In this document: in pieces, positions 1 to 7,889 of the stretch
How positions within the stretch are numbered: the stretch's first letter is position 1
Layout: each line of letters starts with the position of its first letter
IMG/VR virus record: IMGVR_UViG_3300037455_000245
Span: 32,001 to 96,000 of that record
Reading direction: 5' to 3' (one strand)
DNA length: 64,000 bases
Source: a virus
Lineage: Duplodnaviria; Caudoviricetes
Made by a program: the position numbers and the translations under genes
Notes under the pieces: generated by a model
Databases searched by the model: none
What the model saw: only the letters and a program-made list of their open reading frames with translations
What the model was told of the DNA's origin: nothing

Positions 1-24
1 ATCAAAAAATGCTTAATTATTCTG

Positions 25-56
25 TAACTATGTGGTTCGTGAGAATAGCATAGTTA
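25..56 (+). other. GTGA-tetraloop hairpin (copy 1 of a dispersed family)
   Basis: TAACTATG..GTTC-GTGA-GAAT..CATAGTTA. Same loop as the hairpins at 768, 4151 and 4760. Confidence 0.55.
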
Positions 57-61
57 AAAAC

Positions 62-706
62 TTTTAGACATTTAATGCAGCTTTGCCGTACATCGCGATG
101 CGGGAGATCGGTGACAAGCCCGAATAATGCAGAGTCAAATGTCTTTTGATACATAATTCCAATGAAAAGGGTATGATCCTGAAAAGAGTATGATCCTCGA
201 ACTGAATTAAATCGTACACACTATTCTCTGAACAGGTAGGAGCGGTAACGGTGTATTGAGCCTTTGGAGGAATTGTGATCACTAAGTTGTGCGTAAGATA
301 AACTAAAACGCTCAAGACGTTCTGAGAGTAACCGGTAATAGACTCTACAAAGCACATTGGTCGAAAGACGCTAGGCAATAGGTGTACAGTGAGGTGACTA
401 CCGTTCCAAGTCCTCACACAAACCCGGTGGGGGACAAACCCGATGAGGGACAAGCCACACAAAGCGTGCATGGAAAGAGACGTACAGCAGGGTGACCTCC
501 TCCAAGTCCCTGCACAAAAAGCAACCAAAAATGACCGTAATCAGTCGGAAGAGAGAATGCGTAAAGCCTGTTATTACCAACATAATGGGTGTGATCACTG
601 AGTTACAAAAGTTGGTTAAGTTACTCAGTAAAATCATACATTAGTCATTCTAGATGGTTAAGTATGTGTTCACGGGGGTAGAGCCGCAGTCTACTCCCCC
701 TTCTTT
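62..706 (+). ncRNA. Putative ~640-nt structured non-coding RNA
   Basis: No credible ORF. Long-range helix GGAGCGGTA(239)/TACCGTTCC(~399), GTC-GAAA-GAC tetraloop, ACTGAGT/ACTCAGT hairpin, internal repeats GTATGATCCT x2 and TGTGATCACTRAGTT x2. Ends at a terminator. Confidence 0.4.
674..706 (+). terminator. Intrinsic terminator
   Basis: GGGGGTAGA/TCTACTCCC stem followed by TTCTTT. Confidence 0.65.
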
Positions 707-711
707 GAAAC

Positions 712-799
712 CACACAATTCATATATCATATTGGTTTTATTTATTTATACATTCGCTTTTTATCTTCTCCTCACGTCTGTGAAGATATGAGGAGTTTT
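712..799 (+). ncRNA. Candidate antisense sRNA module 1 (U-rich seed + GTGA hairpin + U tract)
   Basis: The reverse complement of the seed reads AAATAAATAAAACCAAT-ATG-ATA-TAT-GAA. Hairpin CTCCTCA..TCT-GTGA-AGA..TGAGGAG at 768-795, then TTTT. Confidence 0.45.
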
Positions 800-824
800 A
801 CATGACATTTCAAATCCATAATAT

Positions 825-1106
825 ATGTTAATTGTAATGTTATGCTTAGCTCAACCGATGGATTATTGTGCAGAGGCCCAAGATGTTTGTCTTTCTCTAG
901 AAGAGATTAGACGAGCCATAATGGATAACGCAAAATATGCATATATATCCGAAAATAGTGTCACAGATCTTTGTCTCTGCTGCGAACTACAACTGAGCTT
1001 GAAAAAGCATGCACCAGCAGTAAATAACGTCAGGAGTGGTGCACCTGACACAAAATGCAAAATGGACTCTAAATCCGTGGAGCAAAGAGACAAAACTCCG
1101 TTTTAA
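825..1106 (+). CDS. Hypothetical protein
   Basis: 93-aa ORF on the locally coding strand, no recognisable motif. Confidence 0.35.
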   Translation: MLIVMLCLAQPMDYCAEAQDVCLSLEEIRRAIMDNAKYAYISENSVTDLCLCCELQLSLKKHAPAVNNVRSGAPDTKCKMDSKSVEQRDKTPF

Positions 1107-1158
1107 TATCAAATCAGGGGGAGGGACATTAGTTGCGTCGGCCCTCCCCCAATAGGAG

Positions 1159-1209
1159 ATCCCCTGATGAGTCTCGGAAGATTGAGACGAAACATGTAAA
1201 TGTCGGGAT
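1159..1209 (+). ncRNA. Type I hammerhead ribozyme
   Basis: Stem I ATCCC/GGGAT, core CTGATGA (1164-1170), stem II GTCTC/GAGAC, GAAA, stem III CAT-GTAA-ATG, GTC cleavage triplet (cut after C1204). Confidence 0.9.
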
Positions 1210-1361
1210 TAGAAGTACAATATTCCCCTGTGATAAAAATAGCAAGTCAAAACTATGGTTAGAGAGCTAGATACAAGGGGCGACAACCCTTCTGGTATGG
1301 ATTGACAACTGCTATGCGTGTACAGCGGCAGGAATCGACTTCGAAAACCTCACAGCAGTAT

Positions 1362-1391
1362 GGCACGTTCCCTCGGACGTGCCTTTTGTTT
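1362..1391 (+). terminator. Intrinsic terminator
   Basis: GGCACGTTC-CCTC-GGACGTGCC followed by TTTTGTTT. Confidence 0.75.
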
Positions 1392-1435
1392 GAAAATCAA
1401 TTTTATAACATATTTAATGATCAAAACATTTAAAA

Positions 1436-1804
1436 ATGGCGAAAAAAATTCAGTTAATCACAGACGACTATACCAAAGCTCAGGAAGCTTTGCGTAATGG
1501 CAAAATCGAGCATGTGTATGTAGAGTACAAAGAAAAGAACAATTTTACCAAAAAGTTCATTGTTGTGCTTAACAAACATCGTGCTAATGCTGTAGCTCTT
1601 ATTAAAGCAGCTAACATTGACATTAAGCGAGTATCTAACTATCGTCATTACGAAATGCTCGCTCTCTCTCACAAGCACTATCTTCCTACATTTGAATGTA
1701 CGTGTCGTGGATGTGGAAAATCATTCAAACACGCAGATGCGAATGCTAAATGGTGCAATAAAGAATGTAAACAATCATGGCGTAAAGCAAAGAAAATGCT
1801 ATAA
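1436..1804 (+). CDS. Small protein with a C-terminal zinc finger (TRASH/MYM-like)
   Basis: CRGCGKSF...KWCNKEC motif and an A-rich initiation region. Confidence 0.75.
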   Translation: MAKKIQLITDDYTKAQEALRNGKIEHVYVEYKEKNNFTKKFIVVLNKHRANAVALIKAANIDIKRVSNYRHYEMLALSHKHYLPTFECTCRGCGKSFKHADANAKWCNKECKQSWRKAKKML

Positions 1805-1917
1805 TGACAACAAGAGAACGTGATAATATCAGGTTACTAATCCTAATATTCATACTATCGGCTATACTGTCGTTAGTCATAAACCATTTCTTTATATTAT
1901 GGCCGGAGCATTTGTAA
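1804..1917 (+). CDS. 37-aa membrane peptide
   Basis: TAATG overlap with the upstream gene, one hydrophobic segment (LLILIFILSAILSLVI). Confidence 0.5.
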   Translation: MTTRERDNIRLLILIFILSAILSLVINHFFILWPEHL

Positions 1918-2026
1918 CATTTATCCTCATAGTGGTTATGTATATATTCTTCTATGAGGCATTCAGAAAAAAGCCAAGCAACGGTGGCAAGTCCGTTGCA
2001 AGTAAATAATTCAAAATCTATCAAAG

Positions 2027-2533
2027 ATGATCAACAAATGGATCGCAAAAACAAAAGACGGTGTTCTTGAATTCAACAGCGTCAAAGTGTGCACAGAGAG
2101 TGAGTTTAACAAACTTACAGCAGGTGTCAATAGACAAAAACTCATATCCTGGTGTGATGACAATCACATATCATTTGAGGCTCAACGTGGTGAACAGTAT
2201 ATGTCAATCATTCGTGAAGTGGTTCAAGAGATCAATGAATCAGAGGCACGTAATATAGATATACTGCACGACAAGTTCCTTGCATTCGTTGATACTCTTC
2301 CAGAAGTAGACATTCCGAACAAGAACGACAATCCTGAGAATATGGATACTGTGGAGAAATGTCTACACTTTGCGAAAGAAGCTATTGCTGGAATCGATAA
2401 AGGTGACATCGACGGTGCAGTATTCATCTCGTCAATCGGCCCAATTGGACTTCCATGTGGACATATCTCGGCATCGATATTGAGAGAGTTGTTAACACTT
2501 TATATTGACAAGTATGAGCACAAAGAAAATTAA
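2027..2533 (+). CDS. Hypothetical protein
   Basis: 168-aa ORF with TATCAAAG-ATG start context. Confidence 0.75.
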   Translation: MINKWIAKTKDGVLEFNSVKVCTESEFNKLTAGVNRQKLISWCDDNHISFEAQRGEQYMSIIREVVQEINESEARNIDILHDKFLAFVDTLPEVDIPNKNDNPENMDTVEKCLHFAKEAIAGIDKGDIDGAVFISSIGPIGLPCGHISASILRELLTLYIDKYEHKEN

Positions 2534-2750
2534 CCAACTGCATCCACCACTTCCTAAAAAGAAGTGTGTGGATGACAAAGGTAACAAAAAGTGTACCGTA
2601 TACGTTAAGGTAAAGAACGGCAAATCTACTGCTACAGTATCTCTTGCAGAATTTAACGCCACAAATGGAGGTATAGCTCTTACAGATGCTATTGGCAGAG
2701 TTGTTGACAATTTAGGCGGAAAGATATTGTGTGATTTCTTAGTTCGTTAG
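2505..2750 (+). CDS. Hypothetical protein (TAG stop)
   Basis: 81-aa ORF ending TAG TAG just before the next ATG. Confidence 0.6.
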   Translation: MTSMSTKKINQLHPPLPKKKCVDDKGNKKCTVYVKVKNGKSTATVSLAEFNATNGGIALTDAIGRVVDNLGGKILCDFLVR

Positions 2751-2754
2751 TAGT

Positions 2755-2901
2755 ATGACTATAATATATTGTATAATCACAGGAATCTGCTGCTATGTCT
2801 TTGGAATATTGACAGCAGCACTTGTATTCAATGACAACGGATACGATAAGGGATTTAGAGACGGTTATAATTTGGCTAAATATGACACTTTCATCTTCTA
2901 A
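2755..2901 (+). CDS. 48-aa membrane protein
   Basis: MTIIYCIITGICCYVFGILTAALVF then GYDKGFRDGY. Below the ORF-track size cutoff. Confidence 0.55.
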   Translation: MTIIYCIITGICCYVFGILTAALVFNDNGYDKGFRDGYNLAKYDTFIF

Positions 2902-2986
2902 CAATGACTTACAACCAGGATTTTGGATTGGTTTGGTAATACTAATCATTATCCTGGTTGTTAGATGGTATATTAAAACACAATAA
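2882..2986 (+). CDS. 34-aa membrane peptide
   Basis: GFWIGLVILIIILVVRWY segment, fills the gap before 2989. Confidence 0.4.
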   Translation: MTLSSSNNDLQPGFWIGLVILIIILVVRWYIKTQ

Positions 2987-2988
2987 TT

Positions 2989-3204
2989 ATGTGGAAACCA
3001 GGTCAATTAAAATGGTTTGGTGGTAGAAGATATAGAATAAAAAAGATAAAATATAGCAAACTGAATAGATCACAAATATGTTCAGAATGCTGTTGTTGTT
3101 CGTATCCAATTTCTCCACCATGTACTTGGTGTGACATTTGCAAAATACCAGCAAATTGTTATCCAAAGTTAGACCCAAGAACTCCAAAACTCAAGCGTAA
3201 TTAG
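2989..3204 (+). CDS. Cys-rich KPGQL-family protein (TAG stop)
   Basis: MWKPGQL...CYPKLD, paralogous to 3207 and 3887. Confidence 0.7.
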   Translation: MWKPGQLKWFGGRRYRIKKIKYSKLNRSQICSECCCCSYPISPPCTWCDICKIPANCYPKLDPRTPKLKRN

Positions 3205-3206
3205 TT

Positions 3207-3398
3207 ATGTTAAAACCAGGACAACTAATATGGTACGATAAAAAGAGATATCGAGTAACTAGAGCAGGTAAATACAAGCTGTGTTGTATGTTGTATTCAC
3301 ATATAAACAAAGGCGCTAAACCTTGTGGTAAACTATGTAACAGAATGCCGCTTCATTGCTACCCAAAACTCGATATGCCAAAACTCAAGCGCAGGTGA
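3207..3398 (+). CDS. Cys-rich KPGQL-family protein
   Basis: MLKPGQL...CYPKLD.PKLKRR. Confidence 0.7.
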   Translation: MLKPGQLIWYDKKRYRVTRAGKYKLCCMLYSHINKGAKPCGKLCNRMPLHCYPKLDMPKLKRR

Positions 3399-3440
3399 GT
3401 TATGTCCTCGCAAGTTTAAAACGTTTTAAATCAATTAAAA

Positions 3441-3890
3441 ATGCCACAAAAAGTAAAACAAGGCGATTTCATCAGAAGGAAGTATGGGATATACGTATCT
3501 CAACAAATACTTCAAGTAGACGATGTAGCAGAAAACGGTGTCTGGGCTCATAGAGTCAAAGTAGACGCTGTAGGATCTCAATGGATTCCTATGCCACAAG
3601 TAATTGTGAGCAACGAAAGAGTCCTCAAACTCTCAATCTCTGCAGAAGATGCAGATTACTTAGCTAAATCACACAATAATAGGCTCGACCACACTGCCAC
3701 AAAACAGTGGTTAGAAGCCGCAAATGGCAAGCTGTATGATGTTGTGTTATTGAGAAATGTAGCAAAACAGAAAGAAATTTTTGTGAGTAATGCCACATTT
3801 ATCAAAACTTCAACATTTGCCGGCAAACCGCCGAAGAAAACGATTGGTGTGAGAATTGTCTTTGAAACATATCTTCGTATGCGAGTATGA
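3441..3890 (+). CDS. Hypothetical protein
   Basis: 149-aa ORF, ATGA overlap with the next gene. Confidence 0.75.
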   Translation: MPQKVKQGDFIRRKYGIYVSQQILQVDDVAENGVWAHRVKVDAVGSQWIPMPQVIVSNERVLKLSISAEDADYLAKSHNNRLDHTATKQWLEAANGKLYDVVLLRNVAKQKEIFVSNATFIKTSTFAGKPPKKTIGVRIVFETYLRMRV

Positions 3891-4084
3891 AACAGTTAAA
3901 ACCAGGGCAGTTATGTATAATAAACGGTACGTTGTATCGTGCAAAGAAACGTACTGACGGATGTTCTGGTTGTTCGTTAGACAATTTCTTTGTATGCCCA
4001 TCAATTAAGTTAAAAAACAAATCGGGATTACTCGATTGCTACAGCATGGGAATTATACTCGTGAGAGTACTACCAAAGCGTTAG
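3887..4084 (+). CDS. Cys-rich KPGQL-family protein (TAG stop)
   Basis: MKQLKPGQL...YRAKK...CSGC. Confidence 0.7.
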   Translation: MKQLKPGQLCIINGTLYRAKKRTDGCSGCSLDNFFVCPSIKLKNKSGLLDCYSMGIILVRVLPKR

Positions 4085-4092
4085 CGAACGCA

Positions 4093-4184
4093 GTGTTTGT
4101 TTGTTCATAAAACGAATGATTTTAGTTAGAAAGAATCTTTTTGAAAGCTCGAGTACGTCTGTTGTGAAACACACGTGCTCATTT
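4093..4184 (+). ncRNA. Candidate antisense sRNA module 2
   Basis: The reverse complement reads AACTAAAATCATTCGTTTT-ATG-AAC-AAA-CAA. Hairpin GAGTACGT.TGTT-GTGA-AACA.ACGTGCTC at 4151-4180. Confidence 0.5.
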
Positions 4185-4189
4185 AAATT

Positions 4190-4690
4190 ATTGCATAGAA
4201 ATCAGCTAAAGCGGAAACCTCAAGCCCGCAAGTTGTTGTAGTACCAAGAACGACCGTAAAGTCGGCAGAGAGAAATTAATTGTGTACACAACTATGACAG
4301 CGAATGATGAGAGGGTGCAATTGCATTTAGTGCTCAACTCGCAGAGTTAGGACGATAAACCAGTGGCGTACCAGAGATATTCGTCAGGTACTGACCTTCT
4401 CGCCAGGAAGGAGTAGCACAAACAAACGTGAACATATGTATACCTGTTCAATTAAGCAGAAACTTAGCACAAAAGTGCGAATCTGAAACGAAGCTTAAGC
4501 TCAGTGGGTCAAACTGAGCATTTGCCTGAAAGAATGGCTAGTTGCCATAGGAACTGGGAAGCCTATGTGCGAGAGCAAAAGAGAACCCAACCCCACAGTC
4601 ACAAATTCTGGATTAGCCATAGGCATGCCGCAATTAGGTGTAGACTCGAAGTCACTGTGGGGAACAACGCTGTGAAGCGTACGTTTGTCA
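4190..4690 (+). ncRNA. Putative ~500-nt structured non-coding RNA
   Basis: ACAAACGT/ACGTTTGT long-range pair enclosing GCTCAG/CTGAGC, CATAGG/CCTATG, CCCCACAGT/ACTGTGGGG and ACGCT-GTGA-AGCGT helices. Confidence 0.5.
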
Positions 4691-4707
4691 TTTAATAAAA
4701 TTAATAA

Positions 4708-4791
4708 TGTAGTAAATTTCTTTTAATTTTCTCATTTAGTTTTGTTATTTTAAACGTTTGTGCGCTCTGTCGTGAGACAGGGTGCACTTTT
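4708..4791 (+). ncRNA. Candidate antisense sRNA module 3
   Basis: The reverse complement reads TTTAAAATAACAAAACTAA-ATG-AGA-AAA-TTA-AAA. Hairpin GTGCGCTCTGTC-GTGA-GACAGGGTGCAC at 4760-4787, then TTTT. Confidence 0.5.
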
Positions 4792-4810
4792 CACAGCAAA
4801 TAAATATTTG

Positions 4811-5146
4811 ATGATGATAACATTAAATAATTTCTACCCGTTATCTAAACGGCGAAGTAAAAGGTTAAAACGTCTCTCTAAAAAGAAGAAATCAAAACTG
4901 AAAGAGAGAACATGGACTGCTGGGAGACTCATAACATTTGTATCGATTGATATTTTTGGAAAAGAACATAGGTTCTTAGTACAAATGAAAAAATGTTACG
5001 AGAATCTTAGAGAACATCGATGTGCACAATGTAGAATAATAAACCATTATAGATTGTGCATGGACATTCGTGGAGAAATGCGTAAAAAATGTATGAGAAA
5101 ATCAGACTTATCGTGCTATCCACAAAAACTCAGAATATTGAAATAA
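4811..5146 (+). CDS. Basic Cys-rich protein, distantly like the KPGQL family
   Basis: ATG at 4811, since the GTG at 4760 lies inside a hairpin. CAQC and SCYP motifs. Confidence 0.6.
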   Translation: MMITLNNFYPLSKRRSKRLKRLSKKKKSKLKERTWTAGRLITFVSIDIFGKEHRFLVQMKKCYENLREHRCAQCRIINHYRLCMDIRGEMRKKCMRKSDLSCYPQKLRILK

Positions 5147-5167
5147 TTTCAGAGTTCACTAAAGAAA

Positions 5168-5469
5168 TACGTCCGAGGAGGTTTGGAGGTTGCGTCGTAA
5201 GGAGCTTGTATACGACCCAATGTAGGACGTTTTTAAAATTGGCTTAGGGCTGTGCCGGAAGATTGCGGTGTTTATAACAACAATAAATGCGTATTGCCAG
5301 AAGTTGTTGGAAATCGTAACCAAAACTCACCGCATGAAAACAGCCCACCCCATTGGGTGATTACAATCGCTATAGAGATAGCGTAGGGAGGTTATACCTT
5401 ACTTCAAAGAACGCAAAATTTCGGAATCGACAATGATCCAGTTTATCAGTCCCCGTATAATCACCCACT
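5168..5469 (+). ncRNA. Putative structured RNA leading into a tRNA-like element
   Basis: ACGTCC/GGACGT, GGGCTGT/ACAGCCC enclosing TGCGGTG/CACCGCA, and TGGGTGATTA/TAATCACCCA helices. No ORF. Confidence 0.45.
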
Positions 5470-5470
5470 T

Positions 5471-5540
5471 GATCTCTTCGTCTATCGGTCAGGATGCAGC
5501 CAATTTGTCTGAGGGAGCAGTTCAACTCTGCTAGAGATCT
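5471..5540 (+). ncRNA. tRNA-like cloverleaf with a degenerate, shortened anticodon arm
   Basis: Acceptor GATCTCT/AGAGATC, Glu/Asp-like D arm GTCT-ATCGGTCA-GGAT, T arm AGCAG-TTCAACT-CTGCT. The anticodon arm is only 15 nt (CAGCCAATTTGTCTG). Confidence 0.7.
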
Positions 5541-5626
5541 CAAATCGAATGTGATTCAGGTTTTTTCCAAGTTCCTATTTAAAAACTGGAGCAAAACTTA
5601 AGTTTTATTTAAATCATTTATCAAAA

Positions 5627-6163
5627 ATGAAGAAATTTATTCTGTTCTTTTGCGCCATGCTTATGCTAGCGCTAGGCTTTTCCAGTTGTAATGACGCCGG
5701 AAAGGTTATTTGGTCAGAGTCGGAAATTGAAGAAGTTTGTAAACAAACTGCCACTTCCGTATACTTTGATCTGGTTAATCCGACGTATAGCAACGTCGAT
5801 GAGGTCGTAGACGACCTTGATGCGTATCAAGACCACATGTCAATTGACAGTGTGTTCTACTCTCTACCAATTAGTACCATCAAACGTGTAGCGGATGTGT
5901 GTATAAACAAATCAGGGCAAACTGATAAGAAACAGATAGTGCGAGAATACCTAAAAAATATATCAGTATATTCAAACATGTCTGAAAATCTACCGCCCAG
6001 TAAGAACGACAAGGCCACTGCAACCGGAGATGGAGGATCCGGCGTTACCAAGGATGATAGCACATCGGTGTTTGAAACAAGCTACAATTACTATACTGAC
6101 ACTGTGGGTGGGAAACCCATTAAGGTTCAGGTAAAGACAATCAAGAGCTATGTCAAACCCTAA
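5627..6163 (+). CDS. Lipoprotein
   Basis: MKKFILFFCAMLMLALGFSS-C signal peptide II / lipobox. Confidence 0.8.
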   Translation: MKKFILFFCAMLMLALGFSSCNDAGKVIWSESEIEEVCKQTATSVYFDLVNPTYSNVDEVVDDLDAYQDHMSIDSVFYSLPISTIKRVADVCINKSGQTDKKQIVREYLKNISVYSNMSENLPPSKNDKATATGDGGSGVTKDDSTSVFETSYNYYTDTVGGKPIKVQVKTIKSYVKP

Positions 6164-6665
6164 CGCAATAGAGTCTCGTGCGCTGATAATTCAGTGGCAG
6201 GGCAAAGCATTCGGCTTGGAAAACCAGAAGCGGCTCATTGCTGCAATGGTAGATGCCAATGTAATCTCCGTGAACAATCCTACAATAGTAGAGCTCAGTG
6301 GAGAGGATTTAGCAAAAGCTGCTTATCTCAAAGCTGTAATGGGTAACGATGTCGAAGTAAAACTTCCAGAAGACATCGATCCTATATTACACAGCATTGA
6401 GATTGTAGGAACTCGGTATAACGGTCTTAACAGTAACCAGTTTACAGTTAAGATATTTGGTGACATAATTGCAGAAGTGCACAAGCGATCTGTTGGGTTA
6501 TCCCACGATCTTGAACTCATCACTGCAATGGATATTCTCGCTAATCACACTATTACACAGAAGTACTCAAATGTATTGAAGAAGTATGGTGTGACTAAGA
6601 CAATGCTTGAGACTATTCGTAACGCATACAATGCATATCATGTCAACCAAGCGGAGTTCATCTAA
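6150..6665 (+). CDS. Hypothetical protein
   Basis: 171-aa ORF overlapping the upstream stop. Confidence 0.8.
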   Translation: MSNPNAIESRALIIQWQGKAFGLENQKRLIAAMVDANVISVNNPTIVELSGEDLAKAAYLKAVMGNDVEVKLPEDIDPILHSIEIVGTRYNGLNSNQFTVKIFGDIIAEVHKRSVGLSHDLELITAMDILANHTITQKYSNVLKKYGVTKTMLETIRNAYNAYHVNQAEFI

Positions 6666-6762
6666 GGTTAAAGTCCCACAGGGATATAAACCTAAGCATG
6701 TAAATGCTATTCCATACAAAAGAGAGAAATATACTGTAAACGATTACCGTCGTGAGCAGTAA
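6640..6762 (+). CDS. 40-aa basic protein
   Basis: MSTKRSSSKVKVPQGYKPKHVNAIPYKREKYTVNDYRREQ, fills the gap between genes. Confidence 0.55.
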   Translation: MSTKRSSSKVKVPQGYKPKHVNAIPYKREKYTVNDYRREQ

Positions 6763-6797
6763 TAACTTAAGTTATCAACAATTTAAATTTATCAAAA

Positions 6798-7295
6798 ATG
6801 GCAAAAGAAACAAAAGAAGGCAAGAAGACCCTCGGTCTCTTGGATGTGAATGAAGACAATTTCGAGCAGAGTCTGGACAATGCTGGAAAATTCGGTCAGG
6901 ACGTGATCGATCTGGCAACAGAGAAGGCAGAGAAAGAAGAGAAGGAGCGCAAGGCCCGGGAGTTTAACTCCATTAAGGACAAGGCTGCATACCAGAAACT
7001 TCGTCTCGTAGCTGACTGCCAGTATTCCAAGAAATCAATGGAGATCCAGAAGGAGGCCATGAAGGCTGTAGACGCTCTGTTCGAGCGCGTAGCGAAGGGC
7101 GAAATGGACGCCGTAGACTTCGACGAGGCAAGAGAGAAGGCTATCGACGAGTCCATCAAGAAGGTCAACGATCTTGGAAAGAAGCGTCGTACCAATCTTG
7201 AGAAGCTCCGCAACGCTTATCCCGGCCACTGGTGTTTTGCCTGGGATAACCCGTTCCAGCGCTTGAATCGCGCAATCGAGGACAACAAACGTTAA
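6798..7295 (+). CDS. Charged, coiled-coil-like hypothetical protein
   Basis: 165 aa, strong AAG/GAG/GAC codon bias, TTATCAAAA-ATG start. Confidence 0.85.
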   Translation: MAKETKEGKKTLGLLDVNEDNFEQSLDNAGKFGQDVIDLATEKAEKEEKERKAREFNSIKDKAAYQKLRLVADCQYSKKSMEIQKEAMKAVDALFERVAKGEMDAVDFDEAREKAIDESIKKVNDLGKKRRTNLEKLRNAYPGHWCFAWDNPFQRLNRAIEDNKR

Positions 7296-7309
7296 ATCCT
7301 GCAACAGGC

Positions 7310-7724
7310 GAGTGCCTTGTGCCAGTACCTGATAGACTCAAGATCTGTATAATAAACTTAGTGCGTATAGTTTCTATAAGGTGAGAGTTGTACTGGCCTG
7401 AATTGACAGGTCCGACGAGTGCCGGAGTATGGAGAGAGAAACTGTTAGCGGAAGTGTTAAAATAGCAATATGATGATCATATGGCACAGCTATTGTGATT
7501 TTTAACTATATGGAAACTAATAAGCCTCTCTCAGTTACGAGTGCCAGTTCGGCAGGTAAGCAGCGAACCAACGCTGTTAAAATATATTGGTCCATTGATC
7601 AAATCACTATCTTGTATGTGCCTTGTGCCGGGGAATTTCTTTGAGTCAAGAGACAAAAAGACCCTGCAAGATATATCAAAAATGTGAACTATATACTATG
7701 TGTGTGCCTTGTGCCGGAGCATGG
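7310..7724 (+). repeat. Five GWGTGCC(TTGTGCC) motifs separated by hairpin-forming spacers
   Basis: Copies at ~7310, 7416, 7537, 7617 and 7703. Helices GCCAGTAC/GTACTGGC, GAGAGAG/CTCTCTC and TATCTTG/CAAGATA. Confidence 0.7.
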
Positions 7725-7889
7725 TCAATGTAGGATAATTTAAGGACGAAAATAAGGCAAACTAAGATGTTTGAATCTTTGAATGGACCAGCTATCCACA
7801 AGAAGCCTAAAAATAGCTCAGGGAGCCTGAAAATAGCCTTAAATCGAATGTTTTAGCTGATCCCTAAAGCGTTCAACATAGAAATCTTA

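Noticed and set aside
7310-7724. CRISPR mini-array
   Set aside because: The repeats are short and variable, spacer lengths are irregular and self-folding, and there are no cas genes.
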